The notes under the pieces are model-generated. The model was given only the letters and a program-made list of their open reading frames with translations, ran no database searches and was not told the origin of the DNA. A stretch of DNA of 64,000 nucleotides, taken from NCBI GenBank assembly GCA_963663235.2, contig CAXXNO010000004.1, positions 832,001 through 896,000 on the forward strand, written 5' to 3'. This DNA is from Dehalococcoidia bacterium (GTDB taxonomy: Bacteria > Chloroflexota > Dehalococcoidia > Bin125). Position numbers and translations under genes: made by a program. Below are positions 27,501 through 37,955 of this stretch, piece after piece (position 1 is the first letter of the stretch; every line of letters starts with the position of its first letter).

Positions 27501-29240
27501 ATGAGCGAGGTCACCTACACCATCGGTGGGGAGGCCGGGCAAGGCGTGGAGTCGTCGGGCGCCGGGTTCGCGCGTGCGCACGCGCGGGCCGGCTACCACG
27601 TCTTCGCCCTCCAGGAGTACGAGTCCCGGATCCGCGGAGGCCACAACATCTACCAGGTGCGCGCCTCCGACCAGCCGGTGCGGGCGCACAGCCGCCACCA
27701 CTCCGTGCTCATCGCGCTGGACGATGACACGATTCCCAACTGCCTCAAGGACGTACGCCCCGGCGGGGCGGTGATCTACGACGCGGAGCGCAAGGACGTC
27801 GACGCCGCAGCGATTGAGGCGGCCGGGGCGCGCGCGGTGGGGGCGCCGCTGAAGGAGATCGCGACGACCGTGGGCTCCGACAAGATCATGGCGAACACCG
27901 TGGCGCTGAGCATCGCCTCGGCGCTGAGCGGCTTCGACTTCGCCGCCGTCGAGGAGGTCATCCGCGAGAACTTCGCCCGCAAGGGCGAGGCCGCGGTGGA
28001 CACCAACCTGGCCGTGGCGCGCGCCGGCTACGAGTGGGGCTTGCAGCACGTGGACGACTTCCCCCACCGCCTGCCGCCGGCGCCGAACGGCAACGGCCGC
28101 CCCATGCTGGTGCACGGCAATCAAGGCGTGGTGCTGGGGGCGATCGCCGCCGGCTGCAAGGCCGTGGGCGGCTACCCAATGACGCCGTGGTCCAGTGTGC
28201 TGGAATACCTGACGGAGAGCCGCAACCTCGGCATCGTGGCGCAGCAGACGGAGGATGAGATCGCGGCGATCTCGTTCGCGCTGGGGGCGTCGTGGGGGGG
28301 AGCGCGGGCGCTGACGGGATCGTCCGGCGGCGGCTTCGCCTTGATGGTGGAGCACCTTTCCCTGGCGGGCATGAACGAAGTGCCGTTGGTCGTTATCGAG
28401 GTGCAGCGGGCCGGGCCCGCCACGGGCCTGGCGACGCGCTCGGAACAGTCCGATCTGTTGTTCGCGCTCCACGCCGGACACGGCGAGTTTCCCATGATTG
28501 TCACCGCGCTCAAGGATCCGGTGGACGCGTACTACCGCACGGCCCGCGCCTTCAACCTGGCCGAGCAGTACCAGTGCGTGGTGATGGTGCTCAGCGACCT
28601 GCACACTTCCAACTCGCTGCTGTCGGCGCCGACGGCGGCGATGGACTACGACACCGTCGTCGCGCAGATCGACCGGGGCAAGACGTTGACGCACGAGCAG
28701 TTGGATGACATGCCGAACGGCTACGAGCGCTACGCCTTCAGCGAAGACGGGATCAGCCCCCGCGCGATCCCGGGGCACGCCAATGCGCTGGTGCACGGCA
28801 TGTCCGACGAACACGACGAGTCGGGCGCGATCACCGAGGAGTCGATCAATCGCACGAAGATGGTGCAGAAGCGGATGCGGAAACTGGACGGCGCGCGGGA
28901 GCAGATGGAGCCTCCTGAGGTGTACGGCCCCGCCACGGCGCCGCTTTCGATGGTCGGATGGGGAGGCACCTACGGCACCCTGCGGGAAGTGGTGGACCGT
29001 TCAGACGGCCGGGTGAACCTGATCCACTACACAGACCTGCAACCGTTCCCCGCCGAGGGCGCCCGGCCGTTGCAGGAAGCGAAGCGGCTGGTGGCCGTGG
29101 AGCAAAACTTTACCGGGCAACTGGCGCGCTACCTGCGGGCCCAGACCGGGATCGAGATCAGCCAGAAGATCATCAAGTACGACGGCCGGCAGATGAGCCC
29201 GGAATGGGTTCTGGAGCGGCTAGAGGGGATTGCCGGATGA
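27501..29240 (+). CDS. 2-oxoacid:ferredoxin oxidoreductase alpha subunit
   Basis: GGEAGQGV, IRGGHN, YPMTP, EDEIAA, QRAGPATG motifs; GGAGG RBS. Confidence 0.94.
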   Translation: MSEVTYTIGGEAGQGVESSGAGFARAHARAGYHVFALQEYESRIRGGHNIYQVRASDQPVRAHSRHHSVLIALDDDTIPNCLKDVRPGGAVIYDAERKDVDAAAIEAAGARAVGAPLKEIATTVGSDKIMANTVALSIASALSGFDFAAVEEVIRENFARKGEAAVDTNLAVARAGYEWGLQHVDDFPHRLPPAPNGNGRPMLVHGNQGVVLGAIAAGCKAVGGYPMTPWSSVLEYLTESRNLGIVAQQTEDEIAAISFALGASWGGARALTGSSGGGFALMVEHLSLAGMNEVPLVVIEVQRAGPATGLATRSEQSDLLFALHAGHGEFPMIVTALKDPVDAYYRTARAFNLAEQYQCVVMVLSDLHTSNSLLSAPTAAMDYDTVVAQIDRGKTLTHEQLDDMPNGYERYAFSEDGISPRAIPGHANALVHGMSDEHDESGAITEESINRTKMVQKRMRKLDGAREQMEPPEVYGPATAPLSMVGWGGTYGTLREVVDRSDGRVNLIHYTDLQPFPAEGARPLQEAKRLVAVEQNFTGQLARYLRAQTGIEISQKIIKYDGRQMSPEWVLERLEGIAG

Positions 29241-30133
29241 CGACCGCGACCGCGCCCGTCACCCTGAAAGCGTACAAGCCGCTGTTCGCGGCGGAGAACA
29301 CCTGGTGCGTCGGCTGTGGGGACTATGGCATCCTGGCGGCGATCCAGCAGGCGCTGGTGCAGCTGCAACTGCCCCCGCACCGCGTGATGGTCTTCTCCGG
29401 CATCGGCTGCGGATCGAAGCTGCCGGACTACCTGCAGTGCAACGGCTGGCAGACGCTGCACGGCCGGGCGCTGCCCGCCGCCCAGGGCTTCCGCCTGGTC
29501 CAGCACGACATGACCGTGCTGGCAGTGACCGGCGATGGTGACGGCCTGGGCGAGGGCGGCAACCACTGGCTGCACGCCATGCGCCGGAACGTGAACTTCA
29601 CACACCTCGTGGAGAACAACCAGACCTACGGGCTCACGAAGGGGCAGGCTTCGCCGACGTCCGATCCAGGCTACATTTCCAGCACCACGCCCGAGGGCTC
29701 GGTGGAGTACGCCATGAACCCGGTGGCGGTTGCGCTGGCGGCGGGGGCAACCTTCGTCGCGCGGGGATTTTCCGGCAACGTGAAGCAGTTGCGGGACCTG
29801 ATCGCGGCGGCGATCGAGCACCCCGGGTACGCGATCATCGACATCCTACAGCCCTGCATCACCTGGAACCGCGTGGAATATACGTTCAAGTGGTTCCGCG
29901 AGCGCGTCTACGACCTGGCCGAGGATCATGACCCGCAGGACCAAGTCGCGGCCTTCGCCCGCTCGTTGGAGTGGGGGGACCGCATTCCCGTCGGCGTGTT
30001 CTACCGGACGGATCGCGCGAGTCTGGATTCACAGACCCCCGCGATCCAGATGGAGCCCGACCGCGCCGTGGCCCTGCGCGACCTGCCGGTCGACCGTGAG
30101 CAGTTCGAAGCGCTGAAGGCCGCCCTCACCTAG
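29237..30133 (+). CDS. 2-oxoacid:ferredoxin oxidoreductase beta subunit
   Basis: WCVGCGD, SGIGC, LHGRA, GDGD, YGLTKGQASPT motifs; ATGA overlap. Confidence 0.94.
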   Translation: MTTATAPVTLKAYKPLFAAENTWCVGCGDYGILAAIQQALVQLQLPPHRVMVFSGIGCGSKLPDYLQCNGWQTLHGRALPAAQGFRLVQHDMTVLAVTGDGDGLGEGGNHWLHAMRRNVNFTHLVENNQTYGLTKGQASPTSDPGYISSTTPEGSVEYAMNPVAVALAAGATFVARGFSGNVKQLRDLIAAAIEHPGYAIIDILQPCITWNRVEYTFKWFRERVYDLAEDHDPQDQVAAFARSLEWGDRIPVGVFYRTDRASLDSQTPAIQMEPDRAVALRDLPVDREQFEALKAALT

Positions 30134-30245
30134 CCTTGCGTCCCTGGCGCCGACCGCCGACTTGCGCGAGTATTAAGGCTGCCCGCGTGCGTCGCGCGGC
30201 GGGCTCAACCCCGTCTCGACCATCTCGAAGAAAGGCCAGGCCCGG

Positions 30246-31097
30246 ATGCGATACGGCGTCACGATGTTCATCACCGACAAAACGATGCCCGTCCCCGCGC
30301 TGGCACGGGCAATAGAGGAGCGCGGGCTCGATTCGCTCTGGATGCCGGAGCACCCGCACATTCCGTCGCAGCGGGTGACGCCCTTCCCCGGCACGGAGAG
30401 CATCGAGATGCCGGAATGGTACTTCCGCTCTTACGACCCGTTCGTGGCGCTGAGCGTCGCCGCGGCCGTCACCACGACGCTGAAGGTGGGGACGGCGATC
30501 TGCCTAGTGAACGAGCGGGAGCCGATCGTCATGGCGAAGCAAGTGGCCAGCCTGGACCGTCTCTCCGGCGGGCGCTTCCTGTTCGGAGTCGGCGCGGGCT
30601 GGCTGGCCGAAGAGATGGAGCCGCTGGGCACGCCCTTCAAGGAGCGCTGGCAGGTGGCGCGGGAGCGGGTGGAGGCGATGAAAGCGCTCTGGCAAAGCGA
30701 CGAGGCGGAGTATCACGGGAAGTACGTCGACTTCCCTCGCACCACGGTGAGCCCCAAGCCGGTGCAGCAGCCCCATCCGCCGATCTCCATCGGCGCCATC
30801 ACGAAGTGGTCCCGCCAACGGGTGGTGGAGTGGGCCGACGGCTGGCTGCCGCTGTTCTCGCCGCCGGATCAGCTGGCCGAGGACATGAAAGACCTGCACG
30901 AGCGCGCGGAGCGCATCGGCCGCGATCCCAAGTCGGTGAGCGTCACGCTGTACGGCACCAGGCCGGACGCCGAATGGCTGGACGCGTACCAAGAGATGGG
31001 CGTCGACAGCTGCCTCTTCGAGCTGCCCAGCGCGCCCACGGAAACCGTGATGCCCGTGCTGGATCAGCTGGCCACGCTGATCGAAGGGCGCAGCTAG
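30246..31097 (+). CDS. LLM-class (probably F420-dependent) oxidoreductase
   Basis: SLWMPEH, DPFVAL, AKQVASLDRLSGGRFLFGVGAGW, PKPVQQPHPP motifs. Confidence 0.9.
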   Translation: MRYGVTMFITDKTMPVPALARAIEERGLDSLWMPEHPHIPSQRVTPFPGTESIEMPEWYFRSYDPFVALSVAAAVTTTLKVGTAICLVNEREPIVMAKQVASLDRLSGGRFLFGVGAGWLAEEMEPLGTPFKERWQVARERVEAMKALWQSDEAEYHGKYVDFPRTTVSPKPVQQPHPPISIGAITKWSRQRVVEWADGWLPLFSPPDQLAEDMKDLHERAERIGRDPKSVSVTLYGTRPDAEWLDAYQEMGVDSCLFELPSAPTETVMPVLDQLATLIEGRS

Positions 31098-31145
31098 CGA
31101 GCGACAGACGCTGGACGCGCAAGCGCGGGCCGCCGCCGCCTACCT

Positions 31146-31811
31146 CTAGGGGACGGCGCCCACCGTGGCGTCGAGGATCGCGCCGTACTGGGGCGGACAG
31201 GGGCCGACGTCCACGCGGATCCGCAGGGTCGAGCGGCCGCTGCCTTGGATCAGGCGACCGCCCCAGCGGCTGGCGACGCGCGCAGTGGCGGGCAAGAGCG
31301 TGATGGTCGCGCCGGCCAGAGGCGGACCCAGTCGAGCCCGCAGCGTCTCGGGGGTCAGCGGCCCCGGCCACGAGGGTGGGGGCGCGTCCGCGTTGATCAG
31401 GATCTGGAGCGCGAAGGGGTCGCGGCCCAGACGACGGATCGCTGTGAGTACGCCAGGCTCGGCGCCCAGGATGCGGTCCAACAGCCCCGCCCAGGGAAAG
31501 TTGATCGTCACGAGGTCGGCGCTGCCGGCGAGCTCGGCCGGCAGGGACTCCAGAGCGGCCGGGACGAAGAGCACGTTGGGGCGGCCTCCCCTCGCCGGTT
31601 TGCGACGGGCTTTCGCGGCATAGGCCGCCGGGGCCTCGCGGTTGGCGTCCAGGCCCAGGCAGAGCAGATCGGGGTAGCGCCCCGCCAGGCGATAGGGGAA
31701 GGCGCCGTCGCCGCAGCCCACGTCGACGAGGGTGAGGCGGCAGCGCGAGGCGAGCGCGGTAAAGCGCCCGGCGCTCAGCTCCTCCACCGATGTTCCGACA
31801 ACAACATCCAT
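31146..31811 (-). CDS. KamB/NpmA-like 16S rRNA m1A1408 methyltransferase homologue
   Basis: VVG, DVGCGDG, KARRKPARGG.PN, FPWAGLL, ILIN, SRWGGRL match KamB/NpmA signature motifs as I recall them. Confidence 0.75.
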   Translation of the reverse strand: MDVVVGTSVEELSAGRFTALASRCRLTLVDVGCGDGAFPYRLAGRYPDLLCLGLDANREAPAAYAAKARRKPARGGRPNVLFVPAALESLPAELAGSADLVTINFPWAGLLDRILGAEPGVLTAIRRLGRDPFALQILINADAPPPSWPGPLTPETLRARLGPPLAGATITLLPATARVASRWGGRLIQGSGRSTLRIRVDVGPCPPQYGAILDATVGAVP

Positions 31812-31879
31812 ACCGGCATCGCCACCCACACGCAGGCGCTGAGGTATCGTACCCTTCGCTCCGGGCGGAGGGCTGTCGC

Positions 31880-32311
31880 ATGGCGCGCAAGCGGCTGGTG
31901 CACCCGAGCGAGGACGAGGTCAACGAGTACCTCGACCAACGCGCCGAGTGGGCGATCCTGACCACCATTGGGCCGGATGGGTACCCGCACAGCGTGCCCC
32001 TAGGCTACTTCCGGTTCGGCGACGATCTCGTGCTGGGCGTGCGCGAAGGCAGCCAGAAGATCAAGAACGTGGAGCGCAACCCGCGCGTGGCCGTGGTGGT
32101 GACGTCCGCCAAAGAGACGGGCGACATCACCGGGGTGCTGCTCCAAGGGGACGCCACGTTGATCCGCGACGCCGCGGAACGGCTGGCGATCGCGCGGGAG
32201 AGCGCCCGACAGCGGGGCACCGCCGAGGGGCATCTCCCGGACAGTGTCTCGCCGGACGGCGTGTACGTGAAGGTGAGCCGGCATCGGCTGGTCACGTGGA
32301 GCTACCGCTGA
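31880..32311 (+). CDS. Pyridoxamine 5'-phosphate oxidase-like (PPOX) protein
   Basis: TIGPDGYPHSVP, SQKIKNVERNPRV motifs. Confidence 0.85.
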   Translation: MARKRLVHPSEDEVNEYLDQRAEWAILTTIGPDGYPHSVPLGYFRFGDDLVLGVREGSQKIKNVERNPRVAVVVTSAKETGDITGVLLQGDATLIRDAAERLAIARESARQRGTAEGHLPDSVSPDGVYVKVSRHRLVTWSYR

Positions 32312-32394
32312 CGGGACCGAGGCCGACGGTAGTAGTCTCCGAGACGACGCGACGGGGCAACAGCGGCTGAGTGAGCAGGCAAAGGAGCGCAGCG

Positions 32395-33189
32395 ATGGAC
32401 CTTGGTCTCCAGGGACGCAAAGCGATTGTGACGGGAGGGAGCCGCGGCATCGGCAGAGCGATCGCGGCGGCGCTGCTGGGGGAGGGGGCGTCGGTGGCGA
32501 TCTGCGCCCGCAACGCGGAGGCCCTGGAAGCGGAGCGGAAGGCGCTGGCCGGGTCCGCGTCGGGGACGGTCTTCGCCTACGCCACCGACATCGGCGAGGC
32601 CGACGGGATCCGGGGGTTCGTGCGGGAATCCGTGAAGGCGCTGGGCGGGCTGGACATCTTCGTCCACAACGCCAGCGGCATGGCTGTGCCCGGCGAGGAA
32701 GGCTGGGGCGCCAACCTCGCCGTGGACATCCTGGCCGCCGTGCGGGGAGTGGAGGAGGCCATGCCGGCGCTGGAAGCCAGCGACGCGGGGAGCATTGTGC
32801 TAATCGCCAGCATCTCGGGCATGGAGGCATTCGGCTTCGTGGGGGACCAGAACGTGCGCGAAGGGATCGGCGGGCCGTATTCGTATGGCCCGATGAAGGC
32901 GGCATTGATCAGCTACGGCAACGAACTCGCACAGGCGCTGGCGCCCAAAGGGATCCGCGTCAACGCGGTGTCACCGGGGTCGATTGAGTTCGAGGATGGC
33001 TTCTGGGGCGAGATGCGGCGCGACGCCCGCGCGATCTATGACGGCGTGGTGGATACCGTACCGAGCGGGCGCTTGGGCAGGGTGGAGGAGGTGGGCCGGG
33101 TCGTTGCGTTCGTCGCCAGCCCGGCGGCCAGCTGGATCACGGCGGAGAACATCCTGGTGGACGGGGGCCAGTTCAAGGCGAACCACTAG
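32395..33189 (+). CDS. SDR family oxidoreductase
   Basis: TGGSRGIG, HNA, YGPMK (YxxxK), IRVNAVSPG motifs; AAGGAG RBS. Confidence 0.92.
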   Translation: MDLGLQGRKAIVTGGSRGIGRAIAAALLGEGASVAICARNAEALEAERKALAGSASGTVFAYATDIGEADGIRGFVRESVKALGGLDIFVHNASGMAVPGEEGWGANLAVDILAAVRGVEEAMPALEASDAGSIVLIASISGMEAFGFVGDQNVREGIGGPYSYGPMKAALISYGNELAQALAPKGIRVNAVSPGSIEFEDGFWGEMRRDARAIYDGVVDTVPSGRLGRVEEVGRVVAFVASPAASWITAENILVDGGQFKANH

Positions 33190-34076
33190 GCGCGAAAGAG
33201 CAGCCGCCGCAGGACGGCCGGCGCCCGCTGTTCGCGGGCCAGGTCGCGCCCCAGTTGCGGCAGGATCTCGGGGTCGCCCGCCATGAGGCGGTGGTTCCAG
33301 GCGCGCAGCGCGGGGAGCGTCGGCTCGCCGTCGACGAAGCGGTCGAGAGGGAGCCAGTCGCCGCCGCGCGCGGGCTGCACGAACACGGCGCGCCCCGCCG
33401 CGAGGCAGAGCGCCACGCCGGCGGCCACGTCCCAGAGTTTACCGTCGCCGATGATGCAATAGCGGAAGCTGCCTTCCGCGGTCAGCGCCAACTCCAGGGC
33501 GATGCTGCCCAGCGTTCGCGCGATGCCGAAGCGCCGCCCCTTGGGGCCGGTCATTCCCGCGACGCCGCCGGGCACGGCGGCGAGCCGGATCGCCTGCCCG
33601 ACGGGAGCGGGCGCGGAGCGGACCGGCTCCCCGTTGAAGCACAGGACACCGCCGCGGCGGCCGTGATAGACGCCCGGCTCCAAGCCGAGGGCGAATGGGG
33701 CAAAGATCGCACCGACCACGGGCTCGCCGCGCCAGAGCACTCCGATGGAGCTCGTGAAGAGCGGCAGGCCGTTGACGAAGTTGGACGTGCCATCCAGCGG
33801 GTCGACGGCCCACACGAAGGCCGCGTCCGGCGGGCCGGTGTCGTCGCCTTCCTCGCCGAGGACGGCGTGCTCCGGGAAGCGCTGCGTCACGGCCCGCCGC
33901 ACCAGATCCTCGACAGCGTGGTCCACCTCCGTCACCGGGTCCAGGCCCTGGCGATCCTTGAAGCGGACGTCCAGCACGCCGCGGAAGCGATCGATGAGGA
34001 CGGCCCCGGCCTGCGCGGCCACGTCGGCGGCAAGCGCCTCGATCTGCTCCAGGGCGGCGTCCGTGGGATCAGCCAT
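33186..34076 (-). CDS. Inositol monophosphatase family protein
   Basis: VTEVD, LGEE, WAVDPLDGTSNF, WDVAAG motifs. Confidence 0.9.
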   Translation of the reverse strand: MADPTDAALEQIEALAADVAAQAGAVLIDRFRGVLDVRFKDRQGLDPVTEVDHAVEDLVRRAVTQRFPEHAVLGEEGDDTGPPDAAFVWAVDPLDGTSNFVNGLPLFTSSIGVLWRGEPVVGAIFAPFALGLEPGVYHGRRGGVLCFNGEPVRSAPAPVGQAIRLAAVPGGVAGMTGPKGRRFGIARTLGSIALELALTAEGSFRYCIIGDGKLWDVAAGVALCLAAGRAVFVQPARGGDWLPLDRFVDGEPTLPALRAWNHRLMAGDPEILPQLGRDLAREQRAPAVLRRLLFRA

Positions 34077-34167
34077 CCCGACAATCGTAGGAGGTTCTCG
34101 GACCCTGGGCGGGGCGATAGCGGCTGGCGTAGACTCGGAGCAGCAGGATGCAAGAGGGGGTGGCCGT

Positions 34168-35388
34168 ATGGCCGAAGGAGTCCCGACGCAAACGCCGAGA
34201 ACGGTGGGGGCCGCGAACCGACGGGCCGCGGCGTCGCTGGGATCGGGGTCGACGTGGGCCGAGGCGACGGAGGCGGCGGTGGAGGGCCTGGCCGGAGAGG
34301 GGGCGCCGGACCTGGCGCTGCTGTTCGTCGATTCGCGCTTCTGCCAGGACTACGGCGCGGTCGTCGAGAAGGTGCAGGCGGCGACCGGCGCGGCGCATCT
34401 GATCGGCGCGTCGGGGCAGAGCGTGATCGGCTCCGGGGTCGAGGCGGAGGATGGGGCGGCCGTCGCGATTCTAACGGTGCGGCTTCCGGGGGCCGTTCTC
34501 ACGCCGCTTCTGCTCGTCCCCGGCGACGATGACCAAGCGCGTCTCCTCGACCAGATCGAAGCGGTCGGCGACGACGCGAGTGCGTGGCTGGCCTTCGCCG
34601 ACCCCTTCAGCACCAACGCCGAGGCCCTGGTCCGGGCGATCGAAGCACGCCGGCCGGGCGTGCCGATCCTGGGCGGGCTGGCCTCCGCTCACAACCACGG
34701 GGAAGGCACCGCGCTCTTCCTGGACGGGACGGTCCATCCGGCGGGCGCGATACTGCTGGGCCTTGGTGGGGCCGTCACGCTACGCCCGCTCGTGGCGCAG
34801 GGGGCTTCGCCCATCGGACAGCCGTGGACCATCACCGCGTGCGATCGCAACATGGTGCAGAGCATCGGGTCGCGGCCCGCGCTGGAAGTACTGATCGAGA
34901 CGCTGGAAGGGCTCGACGCGGAGACGCGCGATCGGGCGCAACGCAATCTCCTAGTGGGGCTGGCGATGGACGAGTACCGCGACGAGCACGGCCCGGGCGA
35001 CTACCTGATCCGCAACCTCATGGGAGTGGACCGTGAGAGCGGCGCGCTGGCGATCAACGCGATCCCCCGTGAGGGTCAGACCTTCCAGTTTCAGTTCCGA
35101 GACGCCGGCGCCGCCGACATGGACCTGCGGCGCCAACTCGCCGCGCTCAAGGGAGACTTGGACGAGAACGAAGAGGTGACGGCCGCGCTGCTCTGCGCCT
35201 GCAACGGGCGCGGTCAGGGCCTGTTCGGGGCTCCCCACCACGACGCCGCCGCGCTCGCGGAGGCGCTGGGACCGGTGCCCACAGCGGGGTTCTTCTGCAA
35301 CGGCGAGATCGGGCCGGTGGGCGGGACGAACTTCCTGCACGGCTTCACGGCCAGTATCGCCGTGCTGACCGCCGCGGCCGACGACTAG
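34168..35388 (+). CDS. Stand-alone FIST (N+C) domain protein
   Basis: ADPFS, ILGGLAS, AQG..PIG, LIRNL, CNGRG, GFFCNGEIGPV..HGFTA motifs. Confidence 0.88.
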   Translation: MAEGVPTQTPRTVGAANRRAAASLGSGSTWAEATEAAVEGLAGEGAPDLALLFVDSRFCQDYGAVVEKVQAATGAAHLIGASGQSVIGSGVEAEDGAAVAILTVRLPGAVLTPLLLVPGDDDQARLLDQIEAVGDDASAWLAFADPFSTNAEALVRAIEARRPGVPILGGLASAHNHGEGTALFLDGTVHPAGAILLGLGGAVTLRPLVAQGASPIGQPWTITACDRNMVQSIGSRPALEVLIETLEGLDAETRDRAQRNLLVGLAMDEYRDEHGPGDYLIRNLMGVDRESGALAINAIPREGQTFQFQFRDAGAADMDLRRQLAALKGDLDENEEVTAALLCACNGRGQGLFGAPHHDAAALAEALGPVPTAGFFCNGEIGPVGGTNFLHGFTASIAVLTAAADD

Positions 35389-35657
35389 GGGCGCGCTCCG
35401 CCGCTGAGCGCCGGCAGGATGTGCACCTCGGCACCGTCCGGGACAGGCTCCAGCAGCCCCATGCTCTCCTCCACGCCGTTGACCGCCAGGCTGAACTCGG
35501 GGCGGATCTCGCCGTCCTCCAGGATCCGTCGTTTGATGCCGGGACAGAGCGTGTTGAGGTTGTCCAGGACCTGACGCAGCGTGTCGCCCTGGACCTCGAC
35601 CTGGCTGCCGCCGTGGCAGAGGTCGCGCATCAGGGAGGGGATGAAGACGCGCGCCAT
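35385..35657 (-). CDS. MoaD/ThiS family sulfur carrier
   Basis: Ubiquitin-like size, ILPALSG near the C-terminus (ends SGGARP). Confidence 0.85.
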   Translation of the reverse strand: MARVFIPSLMRDLCHGGSQVEVQGDTLRQVLDNLNTLCPGIKRRILEDGEIRPEFSLAVNGVEESMGLLEPVPDGAEVHILPALSGGARP

Positions 35658-35671
35658 AGCGCCCGCTGCGG

Positions 35672-37951
35672 TCAGTCGCCGTCGGGCAGCAGCTTGTCCA
35701 AGATCGCCGCCGGCGAGATGGGTAGCGTGTTGAAGCGCACGCCGGTGGCGTCGTGGATAGCGGCAGCGACAGCGGCGAGGGGCGGCACAATCGGCACCTC
35801 CCCGACGCCGCGCACCCCGTAGGGATGGCCAGGGTTGGGAACCTCGACGATGATCGTTTCGATCATGGGCAGGTCCAGCGCGGTGGGCATGCGGTAATCG
35901 AGGAAGGTAGGGTTCTCCATGCGGCCTTGGTCGTCGTAGCGGTATTCCTCGTTGAGCGCCCAGCCGACGCCTTGCGCCGCCCCCCCCTGCATCTGTCCTT
36001 CGACATAGGCCGGGTGAATCGCGGTGCCCGCGTCCTGGACGGCCGTGTAGCGCAGGATCTGCACCTTGCCGGTGTCGGGATCGACCTCGACATCGACGAT
36101 GTGGGTGGCGAAGGTGGGACCCGACGTTTTGGGGTTGACGTCGGCGCGGCCCACCACCATGCCGCCGGTCTTGGGCAACTTGGCGGCGAGGTCGCGGAAG
36201 GTGATAGCGCGCGGTGCGCCGTCGTCGCCGGGCGGGCCGCGGAGCACCCCATCGTCGGCGTATTCGACCTGCTCCGGCTGGACCTCCCAGATCTTCGCCG
36301 CCCGCTCGATCAGCTGACGTCGCAGGTCCATCCCCACCTCGTAGGCCGCCCAGCCCCCGGCGAAGGCGGTGCGGCTGCCGCCGGTGACGAAGGTGAAGCC
36401 GACCGAATCCGTATCGACCACCTGGGGGGCGACGTCCTCTGCGGCGATGCCCAGCGTCTCGGCCAGTTGCATGGCGATGGAGACGCGCGTGCCGCCGATG
36501 TCCGTTGAGCCCAGCACCAGGCTGACGGTGCCGTCTGCATTGACGCTAGCGGAGGCGCTGGACTCCAAGCCGATGTTGAACCAGAACCCGTGCGCGACGC
36601 CGCGCCCCCGATTCTCGCCCTGCAACTCGGAACGGTAGTGGGGGCTGTCCTGGGCGGCGAGCAGCACCTCATCGTTGCCGATGACTCCGTGAGTGGCGCC
36701 GTCGGCGCGGCGGCTGCCCTGCTTGGCGGCGTTCTTGATTCGCAGGTCCAGCGGGTCCATCTCCAGCCGCTGGGCCAACTCATCGATGACGGACTCGGCC
36801 GCGAACGCGGCGGTAGGCGCGCCCGGCGCGCGATACGCCGCAACCTTGGGCTTGTTGACCACGACATCGTAGCCGTCGATTAGCTGGTGGGGGACATCGT
36901 AGGCGGTGAAGACGCAGCGCGACGCGGCCCACACTGGGGAGCCGGGAAAGGCGCCCGCCTCGAAGGCCAGATAGGCCTGCGCCGCCACGATGGCGCCGTC
37001 TTGCTTGGCGCCGATCTTCACGCGGATATAGGTGCCTGACGTGGGACCCGTGGCGCGGAAGACCTCGTCGCGGGTCATGGTCATCTTGACCGGCTTGCCC
37101 GTCTTGCGGGAGAGCAGCGCGGCCAGGGGCTCCAAGTAGACGGGGATCTTGCCGCCGAAGCCCCCCCCGATCTCCATGGGCGTCACCCGGACCTTGGAGA
37201 CGGGAAGGTCGAGGAGGGCCGCGATTTGGTCGCGGGCCACGAAGGAGCCCTGGGTGCTGGTCCAAATCTCCAGGCGGCCGTCGCGGTTCCAGAAAGCGGC
37301 GCCGTTCTGGGGTTCCACGTAGCCTTGGTGCACCATCTTGGTCTCGAACTCGCGCTCGATGACGAGGTCCGCCTCCCGGAAGCCGGCCTCCGTGTCGCCC
37401 AGCTTGAGCTGGAGGTGGCTGGCGACGTTGCTGGGCTGGTCGCCCTTCTCGCCGCCGACCTCCTTGGTGCGCAGGCCGTCGTGCAGGATGGGTGCGGCGG
37501 GGAGCATCGCCTCCCGCACATCGAGCACGACAGGGAGCGGCTCGTACTCGACCTCAATCAGATCGAGGGCGTCCTCAGCGATGTGGGCGTCGGTGGCGCA
37601 GACCGCCGCCACCGCGTGCCCCTCGTACAGCACTTTGTCCGCGGCGAGCACGTTCCGAGCCAAGTCCTTGAGGTCGCTGCTGCCCTCGCCGAACGGGACC
37701 ACCCGATCCGCCGGGTTGGGGAGGTCAGCGCTGGTGATCACGGCCTGCACGCCCGGCAAGGCCAGCGCTTTGGAGGCGTCGATGCGCTTGATGCGCGCAT
37801 GCGCGAGCGGGCTGCGCTTCACCCGTCCGATGAGCATGTCGGGAAGCCGCAGGTCGGCGCCGTAGGCGGCGCGGCCGGTGACCTTGTCCGTGCCGTCATG
37901 CCGGATCGGGCGGGTACCGACGACGCGGTGCTTCTTGTCAGCGGTGACCAT
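35672..37951 (-). CDS. Xanthine dehydrogenase family molybdopterin-binding large subunit
   Basis: KVTGRA.Y, HQGYVEP, IGGGFGGK, AYRAPG, TGGSR, EGQMQGG, GVGE motifs. Confidence 0.93.
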   Translation of the reverse strand: MVTADKKHRVVGTRPIRHDGTDKVTGRAAYGADLRLPDMLIGRVKRSPLAHARIKRIDASKALALPGVQAVITSADLPNPADRVVPFGEGSSDLKDLARNVLAADKVLYEGHAVAAVCATDAHIAEDALDLIEVEYEPLPVVLDVREAMLPAAPILHDGLRTKEVGGEKGDQPSNVASHLQLKLGDTEAGFREADLVIEREFETKMVHQGYVEPQNGAAFWNRDGRLEIWTSTQGSFVARDQIAALLDLPVSKVRVTPMEIGGGFGGKIPVYLEPLAALLSRKTGKPVKMTMTRDEVFRATGPTSGTYIRVKIGAKQDGAIVAAQAYLAFEAGAFPGSPVWAASRCVFTAYDVPHQLIDGYDVVVNKPKVAAYRAPGAPTAAFAAESVIDELAQRLEMDPLDLRIKNAAKQGSRRADGATHGVIGNDEVLLAAQDSPHYRSELQGENRGRGVAHGFWFNIGLESSASASVNADGTVSLVLGSTDIGGTRVSIAMQLAETLGIAAEDVAPQVVDTDSVGFTFVTGGSRTAFAGGWAAYEVGMDLRRQLIERAAKIWEVQPEQVEYADDGVLRGPPGDDGAPRAITFRDLAAKLPKTGGMVVGRADVNPKTSGPTFATHIVDVEVDPDTGKVQILRYTAVQDAGTAIHPAYVEGQMQGGAAQGVGWALNEEYRYDDQGRMENPTFLDYRMPTALDLPMIETIIVEVPNPGHPYGVRGVGEVPIVPPLAAVAAAIHDATGVRFNTLPISPAAILDKLLPDGD

Positions 37952-37955
37952 GGCG

